Positions 1 through 8,934 of a stretch of DNA of 60,770 nucleotides are shown here, piece by piece (position 1 is the stretch's first letter; each line of letters opens with the position of its first letter). The position numbers were made by a program, and so were the translations under genes. The stretch is from Bacteroidales bacterium (GTDB lineage Bacteria > Bacteroidota > Bacteroidia > Bacteroidales > WCHB1-69), in NCBI GenBank assembly GCA_038210985.1, contig JBBQWB010000006.1, positions 1-60,770 on the forward strand. Direction: 5' to 3'. The notes under the pieces were generated by a model that saw only the letters and a program-made list of their open reading frames with translations, was not told where the DNA came from and ran no database searches.

Positions 1-83
1 AGTTTTTGTAAATTTTTTTTCAAAAAAAACAAACAAAATCTTTTTCGGGATGACGTATTTTGAAAACGAAGACAACGAAGTGT

Positions 84-107
84 TTGGCGTTTTCTTACAA
101 GCACTAA
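84..107 (-). repeat. 24-bp dispersed motif TTAGTGCTTGTAAGAAAACGCCAA, possible IS/MITE end
   Basis: 21/24 identical to 16955..16978 (+); weaker copy at 17424..17445. Confidence 0.55.
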
Positions 108-258
108 ATATTAATAAAAAAAATAAGTCGTATCTAAAATATTCCACGTAGTGGATTAACAGGCTTGATAAGCAATGTAGTTAGTTGATAACTAATGGGT
201 AACTGTAAATTCTCACGCTGTCACTAACCCTTTATTTCCAATTTTTTGCATGAAGTCT

Positions 259-320
259 CGAAATGACAATCAATCAGCTACAAAACACTGTCATTCAGAT
301 TCGCCACGGCGAAGAAGAAT
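259..320. repeat. REP-like AATGACA/TGTCATT inverted pair with embedded TTCGCCACGGCGAA palindrome
   Basis: cgaaatgaca 259..268 and tgtcattcag 289..298; palindrome 300..313 is 13/14 identical to 8812..8825. Confidence 0.5.
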
Positions 321-359
321 TTATTTTCATTTACCGGATAACAATGATTTATGATAACT

Positions 360-392
360 AAAAAGGCTCAAACTTAATTAGCTTGAGCCTTT
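360..392 (-). terminator. intrinsic terminator after frr
   Basis: stem aaaggctcaa/ttgagccttt with U-tract on minus strand, about 20 nt past the frr stop. Confidence 0.8.
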
Positions 393-412
393 CAATTAAA
401 AATAAAATTGAG

Positions 413-976
413 TTACACCGTCATTATATCTTTTTCTTTGGCTTCAAACATTTTATCAATTTTGCCAATAAATTCATCTGTAATTTTTTGAATATCTGCT
501 TCTAATCGGCAAATTTCATCTTCGGGAGTTCCATCTTTTTCAAATTTCTTAGCTTGTTCGTTTGCATTTCGTCTAACATTGCGAATATTAACTTTAGCTT
601 GTTCAACTTCGGTCTTAGCTTTTTTGACTAATTCTTTTCTTCTATCCTCGGTTAATTGAGGGACTAATATTCTCAAAAACTCGCCATTATTTTGAGGATT
701 AAATCCTAAATTGGCAGCCATAATAGCTTTTTCGATAGGTATCAACATCGATTTTTCCCAAGGTTGAACTACAATTTGTTTCGCATCTGGAGTATTTACG
801 TTGGCAACTTGAGCTATTGCGGTCATAGTTCCGTAATAATCCACACGAACAGAATCGAGCATTTGAGGATTTGCTTTACCTGCTCTAATTTTTTGTAATT
901 CCCTATCAAAAAATGCTAGAGAGCTAACCATATTTTCCTTGATTTCTTCTATCAATAACAAACAATCATCATTCAT
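413..976 (-). CDS. frr: ribosome recycling factor
   Basis: IRAGKANP, VDYYG, LTEDRRKELVK motifs; downstream of pyrH. Confidence 0.98.
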   Translation of the reverse strand: MNDDCLLLIEEIKENMVSSLAFFDRELQKIRAGKANPQMLDSVRVDYYGTMTAIAQVANVNTPDAKQIVVQPWEKSMLIPIEKAIMAANLGFNPQNNGEFLRILVPQLTEDRRKELVKKAKTEVEQAKVNIRNVRRNANEQAKKFEKDGTPEDEICRLEADIQKITDEFIGKIDKMFEAKEKDIMTV

Positions 977-978
977 AA

Positions 979-1275
979 CTATTCATCTTTTAATTTATTC
1001 GAGTTTTTTTTTACTTCTTTTTCAATTAATCGTTCGTATTCTCTATCTACTAATTTTTGGTTCCAATAAAAAACCATTAAGTAATGAAAAATCAATACTA
1101 TTGCCCACGCTCCTGTTGGAAAAATAGGCCAAGGCAATTCGCCACCACCACCAATAAATTTCCAAAACAACCAAAAAAGAATATTCGCAAGAAAATAAAC
1201 CATTAAATGAATTTTAAAATTCACTCTAGATTTTGCTTTTTTTAATATTTGAGGATTTTTTTCTAAATTTTCCAT
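979..1275 (-). CDS. 2TM-domain small membrane protein
   Basis: A.xRV.F..HL..Y...N..F and WP.FP...W...L.FH pattern; two hydrophobic helices. Confidence 0.8.
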   Translation of the reverse strand: MENLEKNPQILKKAKSRVNFKIHLMVYFLANILFWLFWKFIGGGGELPWPIFPTGAWAIVLIFHYLMVFYWNQKLVDREYERLIEKEVKKNSNKLKDE

Positions 1276-1280
1276 ACATT

Positions 1281-1985
1281 TTATTTTATAATTGTTCCTA
1301 TCGATTTACCTTCTAAAACCTGCTTTAGGTTGCCAGACATATTCATATTAAACACTAAAATTGGCAGATTGTTTTCTTTGCATAGTGTAAATGCGGTTAA
1401 ATCCATAATATTTAAGTTTTGTTTGTAAGCTTCATCAAAACTCAACTCATTATATTTTACAGCATTTGGATTTTTTTCAGGGTCACAATCATACACTCCA
1501 TCCACACGCGTGCCTTTTAGCAATACATCTGCTCCAATTTCAATTCCCCTTAAAGCAGCACCACTATCTGTTGTAAAAAATGGATTTCCAGTACCCGATG
1601 CTATGATTACTACATAATCATCATTAAGGTATTGTTTTGCTCTGCGACTACTCATTTTTTCGCAAATTGGATCGATGGCTAGACCCGACAAAACAACGCA
1701 TTTAAGTCCTATTGCTTCCAAAGAAGATTGTAAAGCCATACTATTAATAATAGTTGCCATCATTCCCATATAATCGCCTTGAACTCTATCGAAACCTTTT
1801 TTTGCTCCTTGTAAACCCCTAAATATATTCCCTCCACCAATTACAACCCCAACTTTAACACCCTCTTTAACAACCCCTGCAATTTCGTAAGCAAAATACT
1901 CTAACATTTGTGGGTCAATACTAAATTTGCTTGAACCCATCAATGATTCCCCACTTAATTTCAACAATATTTTATTATATTTCAT
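1281..1985 (-). CDS. pyrH: UMP kinase
   Basis: LLKLSGE, GGGNIFRG, GTGNPFFTTD motifs. Confidence 0.98.
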   Translation of the reverse strand: MKYNKILLKLSGESLMGSSKFSIDPQMLEYFAYEIAGVVKEGVKVGVVIGGGNIFRGLQGAKKGFDRVQGDYMGMMATIINSMALQSSLEAIGLKCVVLSGLAIDPICEKMSSRRAKQYLNDDYVVIIASGTGNPFFTTDSGAALRGIEIGADVLLKGTRVDGVYDCDPEKNPNAVKYNELSFDEAYKQNLNIMDLTAFTLCKENNLPILVFNMNMSGNLKQVLEGKSIGTIIK

Positions 1986-2031
1986 ACCTAATAAATTAAT
2001 CTAATCAAAAAAATCTGATTGGTAAAATTAT

Positions 2032-2061
2032 AAAAAAAAAGGGACTAAAAAATAGTCCCTT
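2032..2061 (-). terminator. intrinsic terminator after tsf
   Basis: aagggacta/tagtccctt stem with T9 tract on minus strand. Confidence 0.8.
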
Positions 2062-2085
2062 AAATTTTTATCAAAAAAAGTGTTA

Positions 2086-2916
2086 TTATGCACCTAATTG
2101 AATTCGTTTAAAAGAGGTGCACGTAAAATCTTTATCTGCTTCTTTTAAGTATTGTCCTACTGTTTTTTTGTTATCGCGAATAAATTCTTGGTTCAATAAA
2201 GTCATTTCTTTAAAGAATTTATTTAATTTACCTTGAGCAATTTTTTCAACCATTTCTTCGGGTTTACCTTCTTGACGAATAAGATCGCGAGCTATTTCGA
2301 GTTCTTTATTTATAGTAGTTTGGTCAACTTCTTCGGGGGTAACCGCAACAGGACTCATAGCAGCAATTTGCATAGCTATTTCGTGTCCAATAGTTTCAAT
2401 ATTTGGAACAACTTTATTAAATCCTACAATGGTTGCAAGTCTGTTTCCATTATGGTTATAAGAAGCAACGAAAGGAGCATTTATTACATCATAATGCGAC
2501 ATTTCGATTTTTTCACCAATTTTACCAGTAAGTTCCATTAAATGATTTTCGATTGTTGTACCATTTAAACTTTTGCTTAAGAGGTCTTCTTTAGTTGCAA
2601 TTTCTCCATCCACCGCCAAATCGACAACAGATTTAACAAAATTCACAAATTCATCATTTTTAGCAACAAAGTCGGATTCGCAGTTTATCATAACAACTCC
2701 TGCAAATGTATTATCTTTGTTTATTTTAGCATAAACATAACCTTCATTAGCTTCACGATCGGCACGTTTTGCTGCAACTTTTTGACCTTTTTTACGAAGG
2801 ATATCAACTGCTTTATCAAAATCGCCGTCTGCTTCCACAAGAGCGTTTTTACAGTCCATCATACCAACGCCAGTCATTGTTCTTAATTTATTTACATCCG
2901 CTGCTGTAATAGCCAT
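2086..2916 (-). CDS. tsf: elongation factor Ts
   Basis: LRTMTGVGMMDCKNAL, NCESDFVAKN; follows rpsB. Confidence 0.98.
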   Translation of the reverse strand: MAITAADVNKLRTMTGVGMMDCKNALVEADGDFDKAVDILRKKGQKVAAKRADREANEGYVYAKINKDNTFAGVVMINCESDFVAKNDEFVNFVKSVVDLAVDGEIATKEDLLSKSLNGTTIENHLMELTGKIGEKIEMSHYDVINAPFVASYNHNGNRLATIVGFNKVVPNIETIGHEIAMQIAAMSPVAVTPEEVDQTTINKELEIARDLIRQEGKPEEMVEKIAQGKLNKFFKEMTLLNQEFIRDNKKTVGQYLKEADKDFTCTSFKRIQLGA

Positions 2917-2942
2917 GGTATATTATTTTTAAGTTTTAAATA

Positions 2943-3866
2943 TTATTTTTTAGGAGTTGCTTTTTTAACTACTGGTTTTTTTGCTACAATTTTTTTAGCA
3001 CCAGATTTCATTTTTTCAGCTTCACCTGCTTCATCTTCTTTCAACTTAGCTTTCGCAGAAACTTTTCCTTTTTGATCAATCATATCTTCATCATCAACTT
3101 CTTCTAAGCTACGAATATTTGCTTTTTGTTCTTCTGTTTCTTCTACTTCTTCTTCGGCTGATTTTTTATCTTTATCAAATTGTCTTTCGTTTAATCCTTC
3201 TTCAATAGCTTCCACCATTGCTTTTAAGATTACCGAAATAGATTTTGATGCATCATCGTTAGCAGGGATAGCAAAATCAACAGATTGAGGATCTGAATTA
3301 GTATCTACAATTGCAAAAGTTGGTATATTTAATTTGTGAGCTTCCGCTATTGCAATATGTTCTTTTAGCACGTCAACCACAAAAATTGCGGAAGGCAAAC
3401 GGTTTAAATCAGATATTGAACCTAAGTTTTTTTCCAATTTTGCACGTTCACGTTGAATTTGCAAACGTTCGCGTTTTGAAATATCGGTAAATGAGCTACT
3501 AGTCATTAATTTATCAATAGACGACATTTTTCGAACTGCTTTACGAATGGTAGCAAAGTTTGTCAACATACCACCAGGCCAGCGTTCCACAACGTAAGGC
3601 ATATTTACTTTACGAACGTGCTCGGCAACGATATCTTTTGCTTGTTTTTTTGTAGCAACAAACAAAATTTTCTTACCTGATTTTGCAATTTGTTTTATTG
3701 CAGCTGCAGCTTCGTCTATTTTTGCAATTGTTTTATGTAAATCGATGATATGAATACCATTTTTTTCCATAAAAATATATGGAGCCATATTAGGATTCCA
3801 TTTTCTACGTAAGTGACCAAAATGAGCACCTGCGTCTAATAATTCATTAAAAGTTACTTTTGACAT
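2943..3866 (-). CDS. rpsB: 30S ribosomal protein S2 with charged C-terminal extension
   Basis: LLDAGAHFGH, RWPGGMLTN, IPANDD. Confidence 0.98.
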   Translation of the reverse strand: MSKVTFNELLDAGAHFGHLRRKWNPNMAPYIFMEKNGIHIIDLHKTIAKIDEAAAAIKQIAKSGKKILFVATKKQAKDIVAEHVRKVNMPYVVERWPGGMLTNFATIRKAVRKMSSIDKLMTSSSFTDISKRERLQIQRERAKLEKNLGSISDLNRLPSAIFVVDVLKEHIAIAEAHKLNIPTFAIVDTNSDPQSVDFAIPANDDASKSISVILKAMVEAIEEGLNERQFDKDKKSAEEEVEETEEQKANIRSLEEVDDEDMIDQKGKVSAKAKLKEDEAGEAEKMKSGAKKIVAKKPVVKKATPKK

Positions 3867-3884
3867 TTATTTTTTTTTAAAATT

Positions 3885-3952
3885 GTTTACTTTCCTTAAT
3901 ATCAATCACAAAGTAGTGCATTTAAGCAGTCTTTGTGATTTGGATACTAAAC
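3885..3952 (-). promoter_or_regulatory. structured rpsB leader, candidate S2 autoregulatory RNA
   Basis: perfect 10-bp stem aatcacaaag/ctttgtgatt extended by ttaatatc/gatactaa, about 20 nt upstream of the rpsB start. Confidence 0.55.
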
Positions 3953-3976
3953 CATTGAAATCGGAATTCAATAATC

Positions 3977-4366
3977 TTAACGTTTACTGAACTGGAATCT
4001 TTTACGAGCTTTTGGTCTACCTGGTTTTTTACGTTCAACCATTCGAGGATCGCGACGCATTAAACCATGAGGTTTAAGCAAAATACGATATTCAGGATCG
4101 ATTTCGCATAAAGCTTTAGAAATTCCTAAACGGAGAGCTTCGGCTTGTCCGGTAATTCCACCACCAGATAAATTTGCTTTAATACTATATTTTCCTTCGT
4201 TTGAAGTTAAAATAAAAGGTTGACGAACCTTGTATTGCAACATTGGCGTTTTAAAGTATTCCATGTAATCTCTGCCATTAACGGTAACAGTGCCTAATCC
4301 ATCTTCATTTAAATAAACACGGGCAACAGCAGTTTTTCTTCTTCCAGAAGTATTTACTTTTTCCAT
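3977..4366 (-). CDS. rpsI: 30S ribosomal protein S9
   Basis: GRRKTAVARV, GGGITGQA, C-terminal QFSKR. Confidence 0.98.
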   Translation of the reverse strand: MEKVNTSGRRKTAVARVYLNEDGLGTVTVNGRDYMEYFKTPMLQYKVRQPFILTSNEGKYSIKANLSGGGITGQAEALRLGISKALCEIDPEYRILLKPHGLMRRDPRMVERKKPGRPKARKRFQFSKR

Positions 4367-4824
4367 TATAACTTAATTGTATTGATGTTAACTAGTTTTG
4401 GCTGTTGGGCTTGATGAGGATGTTCTGGACCTACACAAACATATAAGTTGCGGAACAAATCACGTCCTAAAGTATTTTTGGGAAGCATCCCTTTAACAGC
4501 ATGTTCTACTACAAACTCTGGTTTTCGTTGTAACATATCTGCTGGTGTTGCAAAACGCTGTCCACCTGGATAACCTGTATGACGAACATACTGTTTATCT
4601 TTTAATTTATCACCAGTAAATCTTACTTTTTCAGCATTGATTACGATTACATTATCACCACAATCAACATGAGGAGTAAAATCAACTTTGTGCTTTCCGC
4701 GTATCATTTTTGCAACAGCTGATGCAAGTCGGCCTAAGGTTGCATTTTCTGCATCCACAACAATCCATTCTTTATGAACTGTGTTCTTATTAGCCGATAC
4801 TGTTTTGTAACTTAAAGTATTCAT
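4366..4824 (-). CDS. rplM: 50S ribosomal protein L13
   Basis: LGRLAS, GKHK.DFTPHVDCGD, HTGYPGG. Confidence 0.98.
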   Translation of the reverse strand: MNTLSYKTVSANKNTVHKEWIVVDAENATLGRLASAVAKMIRGKHKVDFTPHVDCGDNVIVINAEKVRFTGDKLKDKQYVRHTGYPGGQRFATPADMLQRKPEFVVEHAVKGMLPKNTLGRDLFRNLYVCVGPEHPHQAQQPKLVNINTIKL

Positions 4825-4865
4825 TTTCTTGATTTAATACGTTATATCCCCTTAAAAAGGGAGTG

Positions 4866-4896
4866 CAAAGTTAGTTATTTTTTTATAATACACAAA
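4866..4896 (-). promoter_or_regulatory. Bacteroidota housekeeping promoter for rplM
   Basis: TTTG (4896..4893), 19 nt, TAACTTTG (4873..4866). Confidence 0.8.
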
Positions 4897-5035
4897 TAAA
4901 AAATAAAGTTTTTTCATTTTGTGTTTATTTTGAGCTTGCAAATGTAATATATTTTTCCGAAAACATTTCAAGTCTTATTTTTTTTGAACTTATTTTTCTT
5001 TTTTTTGTTAATTTAGTTATCAATAATATAATCGT

Positions 5036-5725
5036 ATGAAATATATTAATTCTACATTTGTTTTGTTTTTATTTTTAGTTTCTTGTAAAAAAGAAGTTAT
5101 TGAACCTAAAATAGAAACTCCTATTAATACTGATGTTGATTTTAATGGAAATTTTGAAAGTTGGACAATAATAACCCAAAATGCAATTTCGTTTGAAGAA
5201 CCAAGTGGTGGCTTTTGGGCAACGTTAAATCCTTTAGCAAAACTCAATGGACCAATAACTGTTGTTAAAACAAACGATGCCCAAAACGGAAATTATGCTG
5301 CTTTACTGGAAACAAAAGACTGGGGAAACATTACCATCCCCGGACTTTTAGTTAGTGGTGTTTTTTTACCTCAAGACCCATTTGTTTTTCAAGGAAAACC
5401 ATATACCAATAGACCATATTCAATTAATGGCTACTATAAATACCTTCCTCAAAATGGCGATTCGGCAGTAATTTATTCAAAATTATCTCGATTTAATCCC
5501 ATTAAAGGACAGCAAGATACCATTGCACAAATGTCTTTTATTGTTTCAAGCGAAACACCCAATTACACTCTGTTTTCACTTGTTTTTGACTATACTTCTG
5601 ATTTAATACCCGATTCAATTACAATTACTTTTGTATCAAGTATTCAAGGTAATAATTTTAAAGGACAAAGTGGTTCAAAACTTTTTATCGATAATGTTTC
5701 AATAATTCAAACCCAAAATAAATAA
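5036..5725 (+). CDS. lipoprotein with PCMD (putative carbohydrate metabolism) type domain
   Basis: lipobox LVSC; NGNFESW, GNYAALLET, RP.SINGYYKY, SKLFIDNV. Confidence 0.7.
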   Translation: MKYINSTFVLFLFLVSCKKEVIEPKIETPINTDVDFNGNFESWTIITQNAISFEEPSGGFWATLNPLAKLNGPITVVKTNDAQNGNYAALLETKDWGNITIPGLLVSGVFLPQDPFVFQGKPYTNRPYSINGYYKYLPQNGDSAVIYSKLSRFNPIKGQQDTIAQMSFIVSSETPNYTLFSLVFDYTSDLIPDSITITFVSSIQGNNFKGQSGSKLFIDNVSIIQTQNK

Positions 5726-5726
5726 T

Positions 5727-6413
5727 ATGAAGTTTGTGAAATATTTGATTTTTTATCTGTTTTTATTTACAACTTTATTCCTTCATTCTCAAAATACAGA
5801 TTATCTTTTTTATGGAGGTGCAATTTATGGTGGTCCACTTCCTAAACAAACAATGGAAAAATCATCGGGAGTGCCTCTTTTATCGTCATTCGCAGGATTT
5901 GGTTTTCGGAAATATTTAAAAAATGATTATTATATTCAATTTGATTTATGCTATTCCATAAAAGGAGCAAGCTATTCATCCGAATATTCGCACGATACAT
6001 TAATTGATATTGGAATTGGAATTGTACCATCCTTTTATACCGCAAAAATTGGCGGCAAAATGCAACTGCATTATATTGATTTACCCATAACTTTTGGGAA
6101 AAAAATTAGTAAAAATCAAAATATTTCAATAGGTTTTTACACTGCATTTTTATTTAAAGGTTTTGATAAAGGAAATGTTTTTATTCAAGCTGGTTATGGA
6201 GATTTTGCCGATTTTGAACAACAATACAACAACTTCTCACTAATTAACAAACAAGACTTTGGGTTTAACATTAAATATTCGTTAAATTTCTATGAAAATC
6301 TCTTCGTTGCTGTAAATGCAAGTCGAAGTACACGTGGATTATACTCAAATAACCCGTCAAATAATCTTTTTCATACCAATGCAAGCATCTCATTTGGCTA
6401 TGCAATCAAATAA
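5727..6413 (+). CDS. outer-membrane beta-barrel (porin/PorT-like family) protein
   Basis: signal peptide, alternating beta strands, YS.KG and LHYIDLPI motifs, terminal ISFGY. Confidence 0.7.
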   Translation: MKFVKYLIFYLFLFTTLFLHSQNTDYLFYGGAIYGGPLPKQTMEKSSGVPLLSSFAGFGFRKYLKNDYYIQFDLCYSIKGASYSSEYSHDTLIDIGIGIVPSFYTAKIGGKMQLHYIDLPITFGKKISKNQNISIGFYTAFLFKGFDKGNVFIQAGYGDFADFEQQYNNFSLINKQDFGFNIKYSLNFYENLFVAVNASRSTRGLYSNNPSNNLFHTNASISFGYAIK

Positions 6414-6452
6414 TTAATTTCGAAAATTCTGGTCAATTTTTAAAATAAATTA

Positions 6453-6460
6453 TACTTTTG
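6453..6460 (+). promoter_or_regulatory. -7 promoter element for the protease gene
   Basis: TACTTTTG 20 nt upstream of ATG 6481. Confidence 0.55.
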
Positions 6461-6480
6461 TTTTTTAAAACAATAATTAT

Positions 6481-8739
6481 ATGAGAAAAATTCAAATTTT
6501 ATTTTCAATTGTCATTTTAACAAGTATGCTTTACTGCAATGCTCAAGTTGGACATGGTGGAACACCAATTAGTTTTAGCAATTCAACTTTTTCACAAAGC
6601 GTTCCTTTTAAAACATTACCCAATGTAGATGTTCAAAAACTAATGAATGAAGACAATTTAAATGTTGGGAAAGATGCTCCTTATCGTTTTGGGAAAGACA
6701 TAGAAGTTTATTACAACTTATATAATTCGGGATTGTGGGAAACACTCGAAAATGGAGATAAGCTTTGGAGGCTGGGAATTAAGTCGGAAAATGCATTATC
6801 GCTTAATTTTATCTGTAATCAGTTTTTTATTCCACAAGGAGCAAATCTTTTCATTTATAGTGAAGATAAATCCACATTATTGGGATCTTTTACTTACGAA
6901 AACAACAATTCTTACCATAGTTTTGCCACTACTATTATACCTTCGTCGAGTATAATTTTGGAATATTACGAACCAAAATCGGTGGAGGATCAAGGACGAA
7001 TTAACATCAATAAAGTAATACATGGCTATCGTGATATTTTAGGCAAAAAAGGTCCATTTGGAACTTCCGGAAGTTGTAATATTAATGTAAACTGTCCTTT
7101 GGGTGATGCATGGCAAAACGACAAGCGAGGAGTTGCAATTATTGTTACAAGCAGTAATAGTGCAGTTTGCACTGGAACTATTGTAAACAATACGGCACTG
7201 GATGGTAAACCTTATTTTTTAACAGCAAATCACTGTACTGCAAGTGCTAATCCAGCAAATTGGGTTTTCATTTTCAACCACGAAGCTGTAAGCTGCAGTG
7301 GAACAACAGGGCCAGTTGACCAATCGATTAATGGTGCATCTTTAGTAGCCACCGACTCTCCTTCTGATTTTGCTTTGCTATTATTAAACGCCGAAATTCC
7401 ACCTGAATACAATGTTTATTATTGTGGATGGAATAATGCAGATGTTCCTGCCGATACTACTGTTTGCATCCATCATCCGTCGGGAGATGTTAAAAAAATT
7501 AGTCAAAACACAAACATTGCCATTTCCTCTAGCTATTCAACTAGCTATACAAACACCCACTGGCAAGTTAACAATTGGGAATCGGGCACTACAGAAGGTG
7601 GTTCATCTGGTTCCGCTTTATTTGATCAAAATCATTATATTGTTGGTCAACTTCATGGTGGTCAAGCATCTTGTACAAATATTTCGTGGGATAAATATGG
7701 AAAAATAGCATACTCATGGTTAAATAATGGTGCAACAGAACCCAATAAACGTTTAAAAGACTGGCTTGATCCAAACAATACTGGAGCAATTACTCTGCAA
7801 GGCAGATATTACAACACTCCCGAATATTCGCTGGATTTAGCTTTAAATGCAGTAATTTCTCCTACCCCATCTAACAACTGCCTTAGCTCGTTAAATCCTC
7901 AAATTAAAATCCGGAATAATGGCGAAGCTATCATTACTTCAGCTAAAATTTATTATGAAATTGACTCCTACATGCAATCGTACGATTGGAGTGGTAGCCT
8001 TGCTTTTGGAAATTCTGAAATTGTAAATTTGCCTGGGATAGAACTTACACCCGGTAGTCATACTTTTAGAACATTTGTTACAAATCCAAATAATTCTACC
8101 GATTTAAATTCTAATAACGATACCATTAGTTTCCCATTTACAAGTCAAATAGGTAAACAAGGAAACTTAAGTGTATTAACCGATAACAATCCTACTCAAA
8201 CAACTTGGGTGATTAAAAAAGAAGACGGCACTGTGGTATTAACAAATCCCGCTTTGGAGTCCACAACCACATATAATCAAGATTTATGCTTAGAAAACGG
8301 ATGTTACGATTTTGTAATTTACGACTCGGGCAATAATGGATTAAATGGAATGTTTGGATTTATATATGTAGGCAGCTACACTTTAACTCTTGGCAATCAA
8401 ACTATTAAACAATCGGCTGAAGGTGCTAATTTTGGAGCAAAAGATAGTACTCATTTTTGCTTTAACGATGTATCTGTTGAAAATTATAAGGATAAAAATC
8501 TGGTTTTAATATATCCAAACCCAGCAACAGACGTATTAAATATTCGTTTTATCGATAATATACCTACCAACTCAACTATTGAAATATTCGATTTTACTGG
8601 CCGTACGATTTTTAAAAATCAAATTCTAAGAAATCAAAATACCCAAATTAATGTTTCAAATTATACATCTGGGTTATACCATATTTTAATTAAAACAGGG
8701 GATAGTATTATTAGAAAGCAATTTATAAAAGTAAAATAG
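6481..8739 (+). CDS. secreted lysyl endopeptidase-like S1 serine protease with T9SS C-terminal sorting domain
   Basis: signal peptide, pro-region, SGSCNINVNC, triad LTANHC / SDFALL / TEGGSSGS, Ig-like domains, IYPNPA...KQFIKVK tail. Confidence 0.9.
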   Translation: MRKIQILFSIVILTSMLYCNAQVGHGGTPISFSNSTFSQSVPFKTLPNVDVQKLMNEDNLNVGKDAPYRFGKDIEVYYNLYNSGLWETLENGDKLWRLGIKSENALSLNFICNQFFIPQGANLFIYSEDKSTLLGSFTYENNNSYHSFATTIIPSSSIILEYYEPKSVEDQGRININKVIHGYRDILGKKGPFGTSGSCNINVNCPLGDAWQNDKRGVAIIVTSSNSAVCTGTIVNNTALDGKPYFLTANHCTASANPANWVFIFNHEAVSCSGTTGPVDQSINGASLVATDSPSDFALLLLNAEIPPEYNVYYCGWNNADVPADTTVCIHHPSGDVKKISQNTNIAISSSYSTSYTNTHWQVNNWESGTTEGGSSGSALFDQNHYIVGQLHGGQASCTNISWDKYGKIAYSWLNNGATEPNKRLKDWLDPNNTGAITLQGRYYNTPEYSLDLALNAVISPTPSNNCLSSLNPQIKIRNNGEAIITSAKIYYEIDSYMQSYDWSGSLAFGNSEIVNLPGIELTPGSHTFRTFVTNPNNSTDLNSNNDTISFPFTSQIGKQGNLSVLTDNNPTQTTWVIKKEDGTVVLTNPALESTTTYNQDLCLENGCYDFVIYDSGNNGLNGMFGFIYVGSYTLTLGNQTIKQSAEGANFGAKDSTHFCFNDVSVENYKDKNLVLIYPNPATDVLNIRFIDNIPTNSTIEIFDFTGRTIFKNQILRNQNTQINVSNYTSGLYHILIKTGDSIIRKQFIKVK

Positions 8740-8756
8740 ATTAACTTAAAGACTCT

Positions 8757-8797
8757 AAAACGTCTCGAAAATATGAAATTTTCGAGACGTTTTTTTT
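8757..8797 (+). terminator. intrinsic terminator after the protease gene
   Basis: aaaacgtctcgaaaat/attttcgagacgtttt stem plus T-run. Confidence 0.85.
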
Positions 8798-8870
8798 GTT
8801 TCGGCTTCTCGTTCGCCGCGGCGAACGCTCGACGACCAAAAAACTATTGATTGTCGAGTTTAGTCGAGAC
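8798..8870. repeat. REP-like imperfect hairpin containing a perfect 18-bp palindrome
   Basis: gtttcggct...ctcgacgacca pairs with tgattgtcgag...agtcgagac; cgttcgccgcggcgaacg at 8810..8827. Confidence 0.65.
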
Positions 8871-8934
8871 GAACAACAACCTCTAAAACGGCTAACAAAT
8901 AATAAGAGTGAATTTTGATTTGTATTTAATCATC

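Noticed and set aside
2943-3180. Long charged C-terminal tails on S2 (and L17)
   Set aside because: Low-complexity extensions on these proteins are common in Bacteroidota
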